Source of the DNA: Toensbergia leucococca
Taxonomy: Eukaryota
Length of the DNA stretch: 20,000 nt
Direction of reading: 5' to 3'
NCBI GenBank assembly: GCA_022813965.1
Contig: JALDZS010000118.1
Location: 54,735-74,734, forward strand
Position 1 is the first letter of the stretch; the number at the start of each line of letters is the position of its first letter. Positions 10,663-20,000 of this stretch are shown in pieces. A program made the position numbers and the translations under genes. The notes under the pieces were generated by a model. It had not been told where the DNA came from. It saw only the letters and a list, made by a program, of their open reading frames with translations, and searched no databases.

Positions 10663-13010
10663 GCCCTGAAAGTCGCGATTGAAGCCCTTGAGGCTTATTA
10701 GAATGATTGCGAGCCAGCGAGCAGGACGAATTCTATCCTCGGGTCAGTGACTGCGATGGGCAAATAAACGGCAGAGTGCGTACAAGTCGACGCGCGTATC
10801 TTATAGAATTCTTGAGACGCGGCGGCGTGAAAGGAAGAAAAGGCGGGTGGGGTTGCAAATAATATTGGACGATTAGCTGTTAGGAGAGGTGGGTCGGGAT
10901 TGGCGTATGATGTCGATCAGGAGTTTCAAAGAGATGATCAAGTCCAAGATGGGAAGTGTGTTGAATCAGCATTCGGACTTGGGAGAGGGCTGGCTCATGG
11001 TTATGTTAAATGTTCCCCAAAACCAGGCCATCTCGAAGCACATGCGCAGCAAGGTGCATGTCGCCCTATGCTAGACAGGGGCACTCGACTCCGGAGCGGT
11101 GCGATCATTTCTGGTTGCACAACAAGTCATTGTTCATTTCGCATGCATGCCCTGGTCCACCCTAGCCGACAGGGTTGCAACGTGGGAGATATTATTATTA
11201 TTCGCGGTGAGCGGTCGAATCGCCTTACTGCTGGGTCAGACGAACTAAGTGCCATCCACATTCGGTAAGCCCTTCCGCTACTTCGAGCCATCGCCTCCAC
11301 GCGAGACATGTAATGATACCGTTTTTTAGGCTGTACACAATCAGTGCCTGCTGCTAAATATAGGCATGGCATCTTTGCAACGGTGCGGAGCTCCTCAAGA
11401 CCAGGGAGATGCCACTCACGCAGACCGAATGATCAAGTGAATCACAATGGATTAGATCTAAAAGCCGCGATTGGTGCAACTATTAGACCTTACCACCCGA
11501 CAATAGCAACGAGTATTCTAGATGAGTGTAAAGTACGTAAGGTATTGAAAACGAACAGCACTCGACCAGGGCTGGTAGCGTAAGATAGCAGGGCTGAGCT
11601 GGTGACGTCTGATTCGTTCGGTAGGATGGAGTCAAGCATGATTGGGTCTCCGCTAGACCCTGTCGAAATGCTGTGCCAAATTTACACCGCTCTTCTAGTT
11701 CCAAGTGCTTTGCTATTCTATTCCACCTCTTCACCAGCCCCACCAGTCACTTAACTGTGGCCATGCAGTGATCGAGTCATCGCTAACGACCGTTCCAAGA
11801 GTGACACCGCTTACTCTATCCTGATGATGCATGACCGCCAAATAGACGGAACATTCTCCATCAGGCCTCTGCTTGCATGATTCCAAACGCGCTGCAGCCC
11901 TGTTTGCAATCGCATGGTTTGGCCAATCATCACCAAGACCGTCTTCCTTCAAGTCCCCCTTGTTCTCGATCCGTTCTGTCGGGACAGAACTCCATCCAAC
12001 ACAACCTAGCGCTGTCCGTAGGGTGTGGGATGACCCGTTCAAAGACGATGTCCCGCAGGCTTCTTAGGTACCCGTATAGGGCTGGCTGGTCCAAGTGGCA
12101 CGCACTCTCCTCAACCCCTCCCGCGTTTCAAAGTCTAAGTGTTGGAATCGTCATGAGAAGCTTGATTCGCTATACGATGCGCACTCTACTAGGGTTCGTG
12201 TCTGAACCATTTCACTGCGATACGACATTGACAGAAAGAAATTTTAATCGAGATTGTTTCGGTTTCAAGGTGGGGGCCCAATCGAGTACAAGGAGAGTCG
12301 CACGTAGGTAGGATAGGGATAGGTAGTGAAGGTCAAAGTTTAAATTGGCTTCACCGCTGCCAAGGGTACGTGTACTTGATAGGAAGATGATCGAACGTGT
12401 TCGAGAATATTCGCACGGTTCCACACCCTCAAGCCGCCATGCCCAAGTATCCAATCAGACGAGGTATCGGTGACGTCCGACTGCACGTCTGCACCTCCTC
12501 GTACGTCCGTAAGGTAGTGACTTCTGCTTTCACCGCTCCCTCAGCATAGCGATGCTGCCTTGCTCGACCCGTCAAAGGATAGCCCTACAATGCATGTTGT
12601 CCCAGGGAATACAGCTGACTTTCCGTTCATGCACCTTTCCATCTTCATTTTCACATTCCGCTCATTTTTAAGTGAACGCCGACCAATGCTTGCAGTCCTT
12701 GTAATCTGGCGACACCGACTCATTAACAGGTATCTATATATTGCGAAAGGCTCGCTTAGTTGGACCATTGAAATATTCCACATTTCGGCCATCCCGTCCG
12801 ATTTCTTCTGTCATCAAGCGTCATACTCCGTACTATGTGAATAGTCTCTTGAGCATCGTAATTAGGCCAGGGGCTTGCGATTCATCGTCGATGAGCAACG
12901 AACTTGTATTTTTCAGTGCTGTGGGCTTGTGACTATTATACAACAGTCACTGATCATTTCATCCACTCTTCTTTCCAGTGATGTTCATTCCGCGCTCGGC
13001 TACAATATCT

Positions 13011-13899
13011 CTACAGATTAGCAATCTCTCCTCTCCAGCCCCAACCTCCTGGCGTGCCATCACCAATTTTCGTCATCCCAGAAGCTTCACATATTTGAAT
13101 AACGACCTCCCGAACTGCCCTGACCTCGTCAACGGTAGCGCCGTTGTTCAGAGCACCCTTTAAGTGCCCTTTTAATTGAGGATTGACCTACAATACACTG
13201 TCAGCTCTGATGTAGCTGTGCTACGTCTCTTCAATACACTTACATCTTGAGGTATCAGGCCTGCCAATAGCACATAACTACTCTCCGCAGCAGTCAAAAC
13301 ACTTGTGTTACTAAGTATGTAGCCATACATAAGTCGCGCCGTGATCCCCAAGTCCTCGGTGCCTGAACGGTCCATCTGCCCCATGACCCGCTTTGAAACC
13401 TTACCATAGATCTTATCGAAGAACGTCTGACCTCGGTGCAAGATTGTCGATGAAGAAACATCATAGACCTCTGCAGGCCGTGTCGTTGGTGAATATCCTA
13501 AAGGCTCGTCGAGGAGTGCTGAGGGTGTGGCACTTTTCAACGCGAATAAAGCGTTGATAGCCTATGTATCAAAGATAGACGTCAGTTCCATAGCAAAGGA
13601 TATGTTCAAAGATATCACTATACCTTGGGCAAACCGCCGATAGGCGCAGCTTTCACCAGTGCCTCTCGCATTTTGCGCGCTATCCTCAGTTGCTCCTCGT
13701 ATTCTGGACTTGCGTCAACGCGCCCGACCCCCTTCTCAATCGCATACTTGAACACAGTGGGTATCTCGTCTGGGCGGTTTATGGCAGACAAAGTGACCCC
13801 GGCAATAAGATACCATGAGTGGAGTGGAAGTTGGGGATGTCCGCGGATCAGAGACAACAACGCTGGCGTTACAATTGATGGTAATTTGACAGTCGACAT
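13011..13899 (-). CDS. AhpD-like / carboxymuconolactone-decarboxylase-like protein, 256 aa, C-terminal PTS1-like ANL (exons 13899-13624, 13561-13244, 13187-13011)
   Basis: Introns 13623-13562 (62 nt, GTATAG..CTGAC..TAG) and 13243-13188 (56 nt, GTAAGT..CTGAC..TAG) join RKMREALVKAAPIGGLPKAINALFAL..RGQTFFDKIYG..LIPQDVNPQLKGHLKGALNNGATVDEV..GWGWRGEIANL*. The family assignment comes from motif recall. Confidence 0.85.
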
Positions 13900-14485
13900 T
13901 GTTTCACTCCACGACGAAGGCTAAGCCAAAACATGACATCTCAGGGTCTTTTGCAATGACGTAGACAAATTGTAAGGACGCCGTGATCTCTAGTGTGAAT
14001 GCAGGGATCCTTCATATGGGCTTCTAAGTTCTCAGCCGAGATGCCATGTGTAAGGTACCTAGCCGTAAGAGTATACGATAGAATACCTTGGGGGTCCAAG
14101 GATGATATCACACCCTGTGTAGACTTAGTAGCAAAACGGTCATTGTATATTAATATAGTTAAGATCACTGATGAAATCCTCACTGTGTCAAGTTTTTAAT
14201 AGTTAGATGAATTAAACAGTGTGAAGTGAATTACACTGTATTGTTGATACAATACTTATGTCATGTATAATGGTGTTAAATAATTAACGGTGTCAAGTGA
14301 TTTACACCATAGATGAATCATTTGCTTATGCAATAACTATTAAATTGTAGATACTGTCATAGAAATAATTACAGAATAAACACTTAAATCTTTTTCATTA
14401 TTTTATCTAATCTATTATCTTCATGTAGATACTAAAGACCTCAATCATTTAGTTTGTGAAATTATCACAATATTCTCAGACAGAT

Positions 14486-14648
14486 TGTTACGGTGCTTTC
14501 CTAGGGCTAGAGTAGTTAGGCGAGGTTAGGCGAGCCAGCAACCCTAAGTGGCTTGGCATCACCACGGTATATCTAGTGACTTCGCACCTAGATAGCTAGA
14601 CATCTTCAATTACACCCAGAATTCGGAATCTCACAAGAGACCCTTACA
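14486..14648. mobile_element. Solo LTR, 163 bp, with 5-bp target-site duplication CAGAT
   Basis: Starts TGTTACGG and ends CCCTTACA (TG..CA, imperfect inverted ends). CAGAT at 14481-14485 and 14649-14653. GC-richer than its flanks. Removing it restores a unit of the 92-bp repeat. Confidence 0.8.
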
Positions 14649-14653
14649 CAGAT

Positions 14654-15020
14654 AGATCATTAGCATGAGAATTTAAATTACATAGATATAGAAGATCTAT
14701 TTAGATTATTTTGTATGTGAAGTTGTCACAATTTCCTAGGCAGGTATGTCATTAGCATGAGAATTTAAATTAAATAGATAAAAAAGACTTATTTAGACTA
14801 TTTTGTATATGAAGTTGTCACAATTTTCTAGGCAGGTAGGTTACTAGCATGAGAATTTAAATTAAATAGATGAAGAAGATCTATTTAGGTCATTTTGTAT
14901 GTGAAGTTGTTACAATTCTTTAGGCAGGTAGGTCATTAGCATGAGAATTTAAATTAGATAGATGAAGATATACTTAGGTCATTTTGTATGTGAAATCATC
15001 ACATTTTTCTAGACAGGTAA
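14654..15020. repeat. Tandem array, 92-bp unit, ~4 copies (plus a partial unit left of the solo LTR)
   Basis: Anchor TAGCATGAGAATTTAAATTA at 14661, 14753, 14845 and 14937. Copies differ mainly by G/A and C/T transitions. Confidence 0.93.
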
Positions 15021-15670
15021 GCAAATAACATAAGTCTTTAAACTAGATGCTGAATGATTGAAGAGATAAATGTGAAGTAAGATTCTTTAAGTAAATAAAG
15101 AGATAATTGTTTCTTAGTTAATTTTGACACAGTGTTGACACTGTACTGACACTGTATATAAATACTGACACAGTTACTCAGCTTAAAATAGTAGTAGAGC
15201 AGTGTTTTAATCATAACTGTGTTTCTTAATAATGACAGTTTGTGAAGAGAACTATAGATGCATTATGTTGTCAAAGTCTCTGTAAACCCTTGTTTCAGTG
15301 TCTCAAAATTATACTGTTAAAACATATGTATGATGATAGTACGGTAATAAAAGAATTTAATTGTACTTATACTGAACCCATCATCTTATTATATCTTTAC
15401 AGTTTTATTACGGTGTGCGCATTTACAGTCTCGCCCCTAAGGTATGGTACGAGGTTCTGTCACCTGGCTCAGCATCGGGCTAAGTGAGTCGCCCCCATTT
15501 TGCATCTACCTGTAACCTCATAGTCAATTTCTATACAAACTGCATCAACCAATTCCTCTCTGACAGCGCTCTAATGATTATATCTTATGTTCTACTTTGT
15601 AGCATGAGTTTAACAGTATCTCATCTCAGACCCTATTCTGCAACGCTATGACAATAGAGAGTTAGCACCT

Positions 15671-16321
15671 CTACAATATCCTGAATTCTACTCCCTCGAT
15701 CTCTCCTACTTTCACTGTCACCTCCTCCGGCTTCAACTCGCTCAAATTCCACATCAAATTCCCCTCCTCCACCAAAAAATCCCTCTTCTTTCCCCACCGC
15801 CACCACATCCCCTCTATAGCCTCCTTCCTCACATCCACCCGATAGGAATGCTCCCTCTCCAAACCATCCACCCCGCGACCCATGGTGCTCCTCCTCACCC
15901 TAGTCTCCCTTCCCTCGTCATCAACATCCCACCCTCTCTCCACTAACTCCTTCGGCTGCGGCCTCATGCCTTTGTCACCACCACCGCGGCTGAAGCCCGC
16001 GGACATGACGACAGGGGTGGAAGGGTAGAGGGCTAGGAAGTATTTCTCGTCGGAGGAGCCGCGGGCGCGGGAGATGGGTGCTCGTTGGAGGCGGACTGTG
16101 CTTTGGGGGACTGGGGTATTGGTCGTCAGGTCGGTGATGAGATACTGGGCTTGGGTTAGGGCGGAGGGGGGGTCAAGGGGTGTGTTCCAGGTGAAGAGAG
16201 TGAGAGGGCGGGGGGCGTGGGATGTCAGGTGTAGACTGAGGGCTGGGGGAATCGGGGAGGTGTAGGTGTAAGTTTGCGGGTCGAGAGAGAGGGCTATGGT
16301 GAGGGGTGGTGGGGTGGCCAT
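15671..16321 (-). CDS. Hypothetical protein, 216 aa, intronless
   Basis: ATG-initiated GC-rich ORF with good start context (CACCCATGG) and plausible globular sequence (LSLHLTSHAPRPLTLFTWNTPLDP..GRGVDGLEREHSYRVDV..WWRWGKK). No family recognised. Confidence 0.75.
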   Translation of the reverse strand: MATPPPLTIALSLDPQTYTYTSPIPPALSLHLTSHAPRPLTLFTWNTPLDPPSALTQAQYLITDLTTNTPVPQSTVRLQRAPISRARGSSDEKYFLALYPSTPVVMSAGFSRGGGDKGMRPQPKELVERGWDVDDEGRETRVRRSTMGRGVDGLEREHSYRVDVRKEAIEGMWWRWGKKRDFLVEEGNLMWNLSELKPEEVTVKVGEIEGVEFRIL

Positions 16322-18331
16322 GGGTGAAGGTGAGCGGCAAAATAAGTAATGAAGGCAGAGTGTTGCTTCTTGCAGTATGGTGACGGAGGAGTTTGCGTAA
16401 ATGTGGCTTGTCTATTGATATGGACTAGTGATATATCTCGATAGACTTGCAGCTTTTGCCTACCTACCTACTTATAACAAGAAGTTCCAAAAAGCTAGCT
16501 TCCCCGAGTACCTATATTCTAAAACGTCTTAATTAGGGGTTGCAGTTGGTGTAACCAGCCCTACCTAAGGCTTCTAAATGGCGCGTTGGTTGCGTGGTAT
16601 GCTAGAAGTGAGAAATTGAAAGGTAGCTGCACAATTACTTCACGATGGATTTTCTGTCTCGGACAATTTAAATCATCGTATTGTGTGACGCATTCTCCTT
16701 CTCACAGGCATATAAGTACGCATACAACTGGCCTCCCCTTCCGAACATAATGCAACACACGTTGATCTAGCATGCATCGGACAGAATGGTGGAAGTCCGT
16801 CGAGCTGGACGCTAAACGTAGCTGGTCCTTTCTGATTTTCAGGTTCGACGATCGGCTTACGCCATTCCTACTCATCGATCACGAATATCTGAAAGGATAG
16901 ATACGAAAACCCTTCCCCCCGGGCTGTCGCCGCCCCGATGACTCGAAACTAACCCCCCTTTCGCGTCGATTCAATATCAACCTCGAAGCCTCAATATAGA
17001 CCCGTATTCATGACCCGGTGTACGATTTTTATTGCGACTTCAATAGCGACGTCCTCGATCAGTTTTCGCCATTGTATCGATACTTCGGACTGCTAATACC
17101 ATTTCAACCCCAAAGGGAGCTATTGGGAGATATTTCTACGGTTCTTTGATAGGTAGATTCCCTGAGGATTTTCTTTCCATAGGTTTATGAGTATCCCGGG
17201 TCTCAGTGAGACATTCTCACTTGAGCACAGCTCGGTTTATTCAATAAAACATACATTCACCAACGGCTCTCTGTCACGGTAGGGAGGAATAGGGAGTCTA
17301 TCCACTGATAGGCGTCAGTGCAATACCTTTACTCCCTACAGGTCCACGCGTTACGCTGTTGTCACTGAATGGAGGCTAGCGAGGGTTGAGAGCAGAGAGG
17401 AGGTGATCTCTGCGATCATCAATCTCTTGTTGGGCCTATGACGCAAGCAATTCTCCAACCGATAATACTCAAAGCAGGTCTGGTAACCGGAAGGGATTGA
17501 TGGGTCCCCCCGAAGGTGGTTCTTCTTAGAGGAACCTGTCAATTATTTATGGCTATGGGTGGGTGTATAGGGTTGTCAGTTTGGGCCTCTGATGTCACCT
17601 TTGTATGTCTGCTATAGTGTCATATTTACACGACCTCTTATAAAACAATAATAACAAACTCCTGCCCCAGAATGGTGGAAGTTGGTTTTCATTCACGATC
17701 CCTGCTGCTTTTAAATAGGCATTCCTAAACAAGGCCAACCTTGACATCAAGTCGACTTTCACCCACAAATCCAATCACTTCCGCAACTCACAACCCGACG
17801 TTTCACGATGTCCATTTGCCAGGCTGTCGCAATGGTCGCCGACGGAAATGCGACTTGCCCCACAATCTGCTGCTTAGTTGAGCCGGGACATACCTGATGC
17901 ACTCCAACAACATGATTAAACCCCACATGTACTTGTCTTCGTTCCGGAGCTTCGGCTTCAGTTGCGCGCGGTCGCCCTTTGACGCATATACCTAGTATTC
18001 GGATGTTTGGATTTTGAGTCGAAGCTGGATCCTACTTCCATTTCATAGTAAGATAGTACTCACAACCATGAAGAATGCGAAGCATCCCGATAAACGTCGA
18101 ACTACGCTTTAGAAAAATTGTTGAGAAATTATAAAGAATAAATCTGCCATATCGCTGTTGCTAAAAGGAGCTCGATGTTGAATGAGCATCTTCTATGGCT
18201 TTCTTTCCTCCCCTCCCCCCTTGAAACAACTACATAGTATCCCATGAGTTGAAAAACAAGCGATTGGTGTCAACCCCATCAAACTTGGCACAGTCGCTCG
18301 CCCGCCAAGAAAACCTGATGTGAGCAGATAC

Positions 18332-18800
18332 CTAGCAATTCCCGTAGCTGCAGCTCGGAGACCCGCAATGCTCCAATTCTACCCATTTACCGCCAACGCA
18401 CTCAATCTGTCAAGGTCTCAGCATGAGCCGCAAGTCAATGCCATGCGTGATAGAGCTTAGAGCTCTCTGTTCGTGGACTCGAGACATGAAGCACCAAAAA
18501 AATGGGAGTGATATAGATGGCAGACAGATAATACGAACACAGTGGAGGGAACGATAAGAGTTAATGAACAAGGGAAGAAGAGAAGAGGAAGGGAAGAGTC
18601 CAAGAAGAGATTTTTGACGGGTCTGTCGTACGTACCACGTCGTAGAGATTCAAGGAGCATTTATGTGAACCGGCACATTCTGCACTGCATGATGATCCTT
18701 CCTTATACGGCCCGACTGGGCAGCTGCGAGGCTCCAGGACTGAACCGGCGAGAGCGGTGGCTGCGATAGCCATGGTTGTGAGGATGCTGGAAATGTGCAT
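18332..18800 (-). CDS. Small secreted cysteine-rich protein, 79 aa (exons 18800-18636 and 18406-18332)
   Basis: Signal peptide MHISSILTTMAIAATALA and pro-segment ending EPR. A 229-nt intron 18635-18407 (GTACGT..GACAG, phase 0) gives the mature SCPVGPYKEGSSCSAECAGSHKCSLNLYDVIECVGGKWVELEHCGSPSCSYGNC* with 8 Cys. Confidence 0.85.
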
Positions 18801-18903
18801 GATTGCTTGTGGGTATTGTTTATTGTCTTGATTATGTGATTTAGTCTGGAATTGTTGAACGTACGCTTCGAAGGGTCGTTGGATTCTCATGGGATTCAAG
18901 GCC

Positions 18904-18911
18904 TTTATATA
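18904..18911 (-). promoter_or_regulatory. TATA box of the secreted-peptide gene
   Basis: TATATAAA on the minus strand, ~100 nt upstream of the ATG at 18800. Confidence 0.6.
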
Positions 18912-19047
18912 TTTATCGGTGCAAGCGTCGAGGATCGAAACGCTCTCATCATTACCTACCTTGCTTTTGCACACCGCTTTTCACCAAGCTTGTGCTTTGG
19001 GCTTCAAGAAGCAACACCTGTACCACGAGGCGATGAATCTTACTGGA

Positions 19048-19320
19048 AGAAAAGTTTTCAGCTGGGGAATTCCCCTTGTTTGGTGTTACCAGTGAAGGAG
19101 TGAATGGGGCAACAATTGCGGCGGGCGGAAACACGGGCAGAAAAGGTTTCAGCTGGGGAATTCCCCTGGTTTGGTGTTACCAGTGGAGGAGTGAATGGGG
19201 TAACAGTTGCGGCGGGCGGAAACACGGGTAGAAAAGTTTTCAGCTGTGGAATTCCCCTTGTTCGGTGTTACCAGTGGAGGAGTTGAATGGGGTAACAACT
19301 GCGGTGGGCGGAAACACGGG
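19048..19320. repeat. Tandem array, 91-bp unit, 3 copies
   Basis: Units start at 19048, 19139 and 19230 (AGAAAAG(T/G)TTTCAGCTG(G/T)GGAATTCCCC..GGTGTTACCAGTG..GGGCGGAAACACGGG). They differ by a few substitutions and one 1-nt insertion. Confidence 0.95.
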
Positions 19321-20000
19321 GTTTGATGATGCAGAATCCAGTGATAGACCGACCGCAATCATCGAATGGTGGCTTGTACGAAGACACGAACAGGAAAGAG
19401 AATATCCTTTGGCTTGAACAAACGCCCTTCCTAATTGGCTCAGCCCTGTAGATCTCCTCAATTGCATCTTAGCCTTGTTCTTTCTCTTTTCTCTGGTGAT
19501 CCAAAGCTACAGGTCTGCTGTCCTGATTCTTCACATTACAGAACTGGCCCTGTTCTTCCTTTCAAGCGCCCCAGCAAACCAATGAGACCTGTAACGTTGG
19601 CGAGTCCTGAGCTTCGAGTTTCTGACGCCCTTAAATTTGGGAAACATTCAAAGCCGAAGAATTTCCTCACATATCATTTCCCTGTGTTTCACTATTCCCA
19701 CTAGAGTAAACTCAATGGAAAAACATGAACGCACAAACATGGCCTGGCCTTTAAGCTTGTTTGATTGAACGGATCCTTTCAAAGTCAATCTATCATCATG
19801 TATTCTCATTGGTCTGCCATTCAGCCTCGTGCCTACTTGTTTAGTGCCATGTACACGTGCCGTCCAGGTACGCTCGTACGGTACGAGGTCAATTTTTAAA
19901 GTATTGCAAATGGCCAACGTAGGAATTTTGAGTCAACGTATCTGAATAGAATCATAACAACAACACGCTTTTTGATCGCTATTCTTCTATTCATCAACAC

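Larger units (their letters stand above)
14083..15445. mobile_element. AT-rich, probably RIP-degenerated non-autonomous transposon relic
   Basis: Sharp drop in GC (~14140-15420) with abundant TpA and no meaningful ORF. Bounded by the 11/12 inverted repeat ATACCTTGGGGG (14083-14094) / CCCCTAAGGTAT (15434-15445). Inverted internal motif CACTGTGTCAA (14181-14191) / TTGACACAGTG (15124-15134). Confidence 0.5.

Noticed and set aside
10700..12960. Many 60-144 aa ORFs upstream of the zinc-finger gene
   Set aside because: No protein-like features. The region is consistent with a long regulatory intergenic stretch.
16800..16865. GGTTCGA B-box-like motif suggesting a tRNA
   Set aside because: No T-arm pairing, acceptor stem or cloverleaf could be built.
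18561..18974. 137-aa track ORF as given
   Set aside because: It uses a non-ATG start upstream of the TATA box and reads into the intron. The spliced 79-aa model fits better.
19048..19320. CRISPR-like appearance of the palindromic 91-bp repeat
   Set aside because: Units are repeated in full with no unique spacers, there are no cas genes, and the context is eukaryotic.
14654..19320. Similar periods (92 and 91 bp) of the two tandem arrays
   Set aside because: The unit sequences and base compositions are unrelated; treated as coincidence.
19435..20000. ORFs 19435-19704 and 19648-19917
   Set aside because: Non-ATG starts, no recognisable homology and no consistent splice model.

Overview
Eukaryotic DNA from a filamentous ascomycete (Pezizomycotina-type short GT-AG introns with CTRAY branch sites). 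The left ~14 kb is an ordinary gene block: a leucine-rich-repeat gene (minus strand, runs off the left edge, absent from the ORF track), an intronless patatin-like lipase, the DNA primase large subunit (3 exons), a C2H2 zinc-finger transcription factor and a 3-exon AhpD-like gene ending in a PTS1-like -ANL. The right ~6 kb looks accessory: an AT-rich, RIP-like element with a 92-bp tandem array interrupted by a 163-bp solo LTR (5-bp TSD), an orphan 216-aa ORF, and a spliced 79-aa secreted 8-Cys peptide gene with a 3x91-bp tandem repeat upstream. The most striking signal is in the zinc-finger gene. Its TGA lies in a leaky CAA-TCA context, is followed 9 nt later by a potential stem-loop, and the same frame stays open for 141 more protein-like codons, which suggests programmed stop-codon readthrough. 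The same gene also has two in-phase alternative 5' splice donors. All calls come from manual reading; no searches were run.
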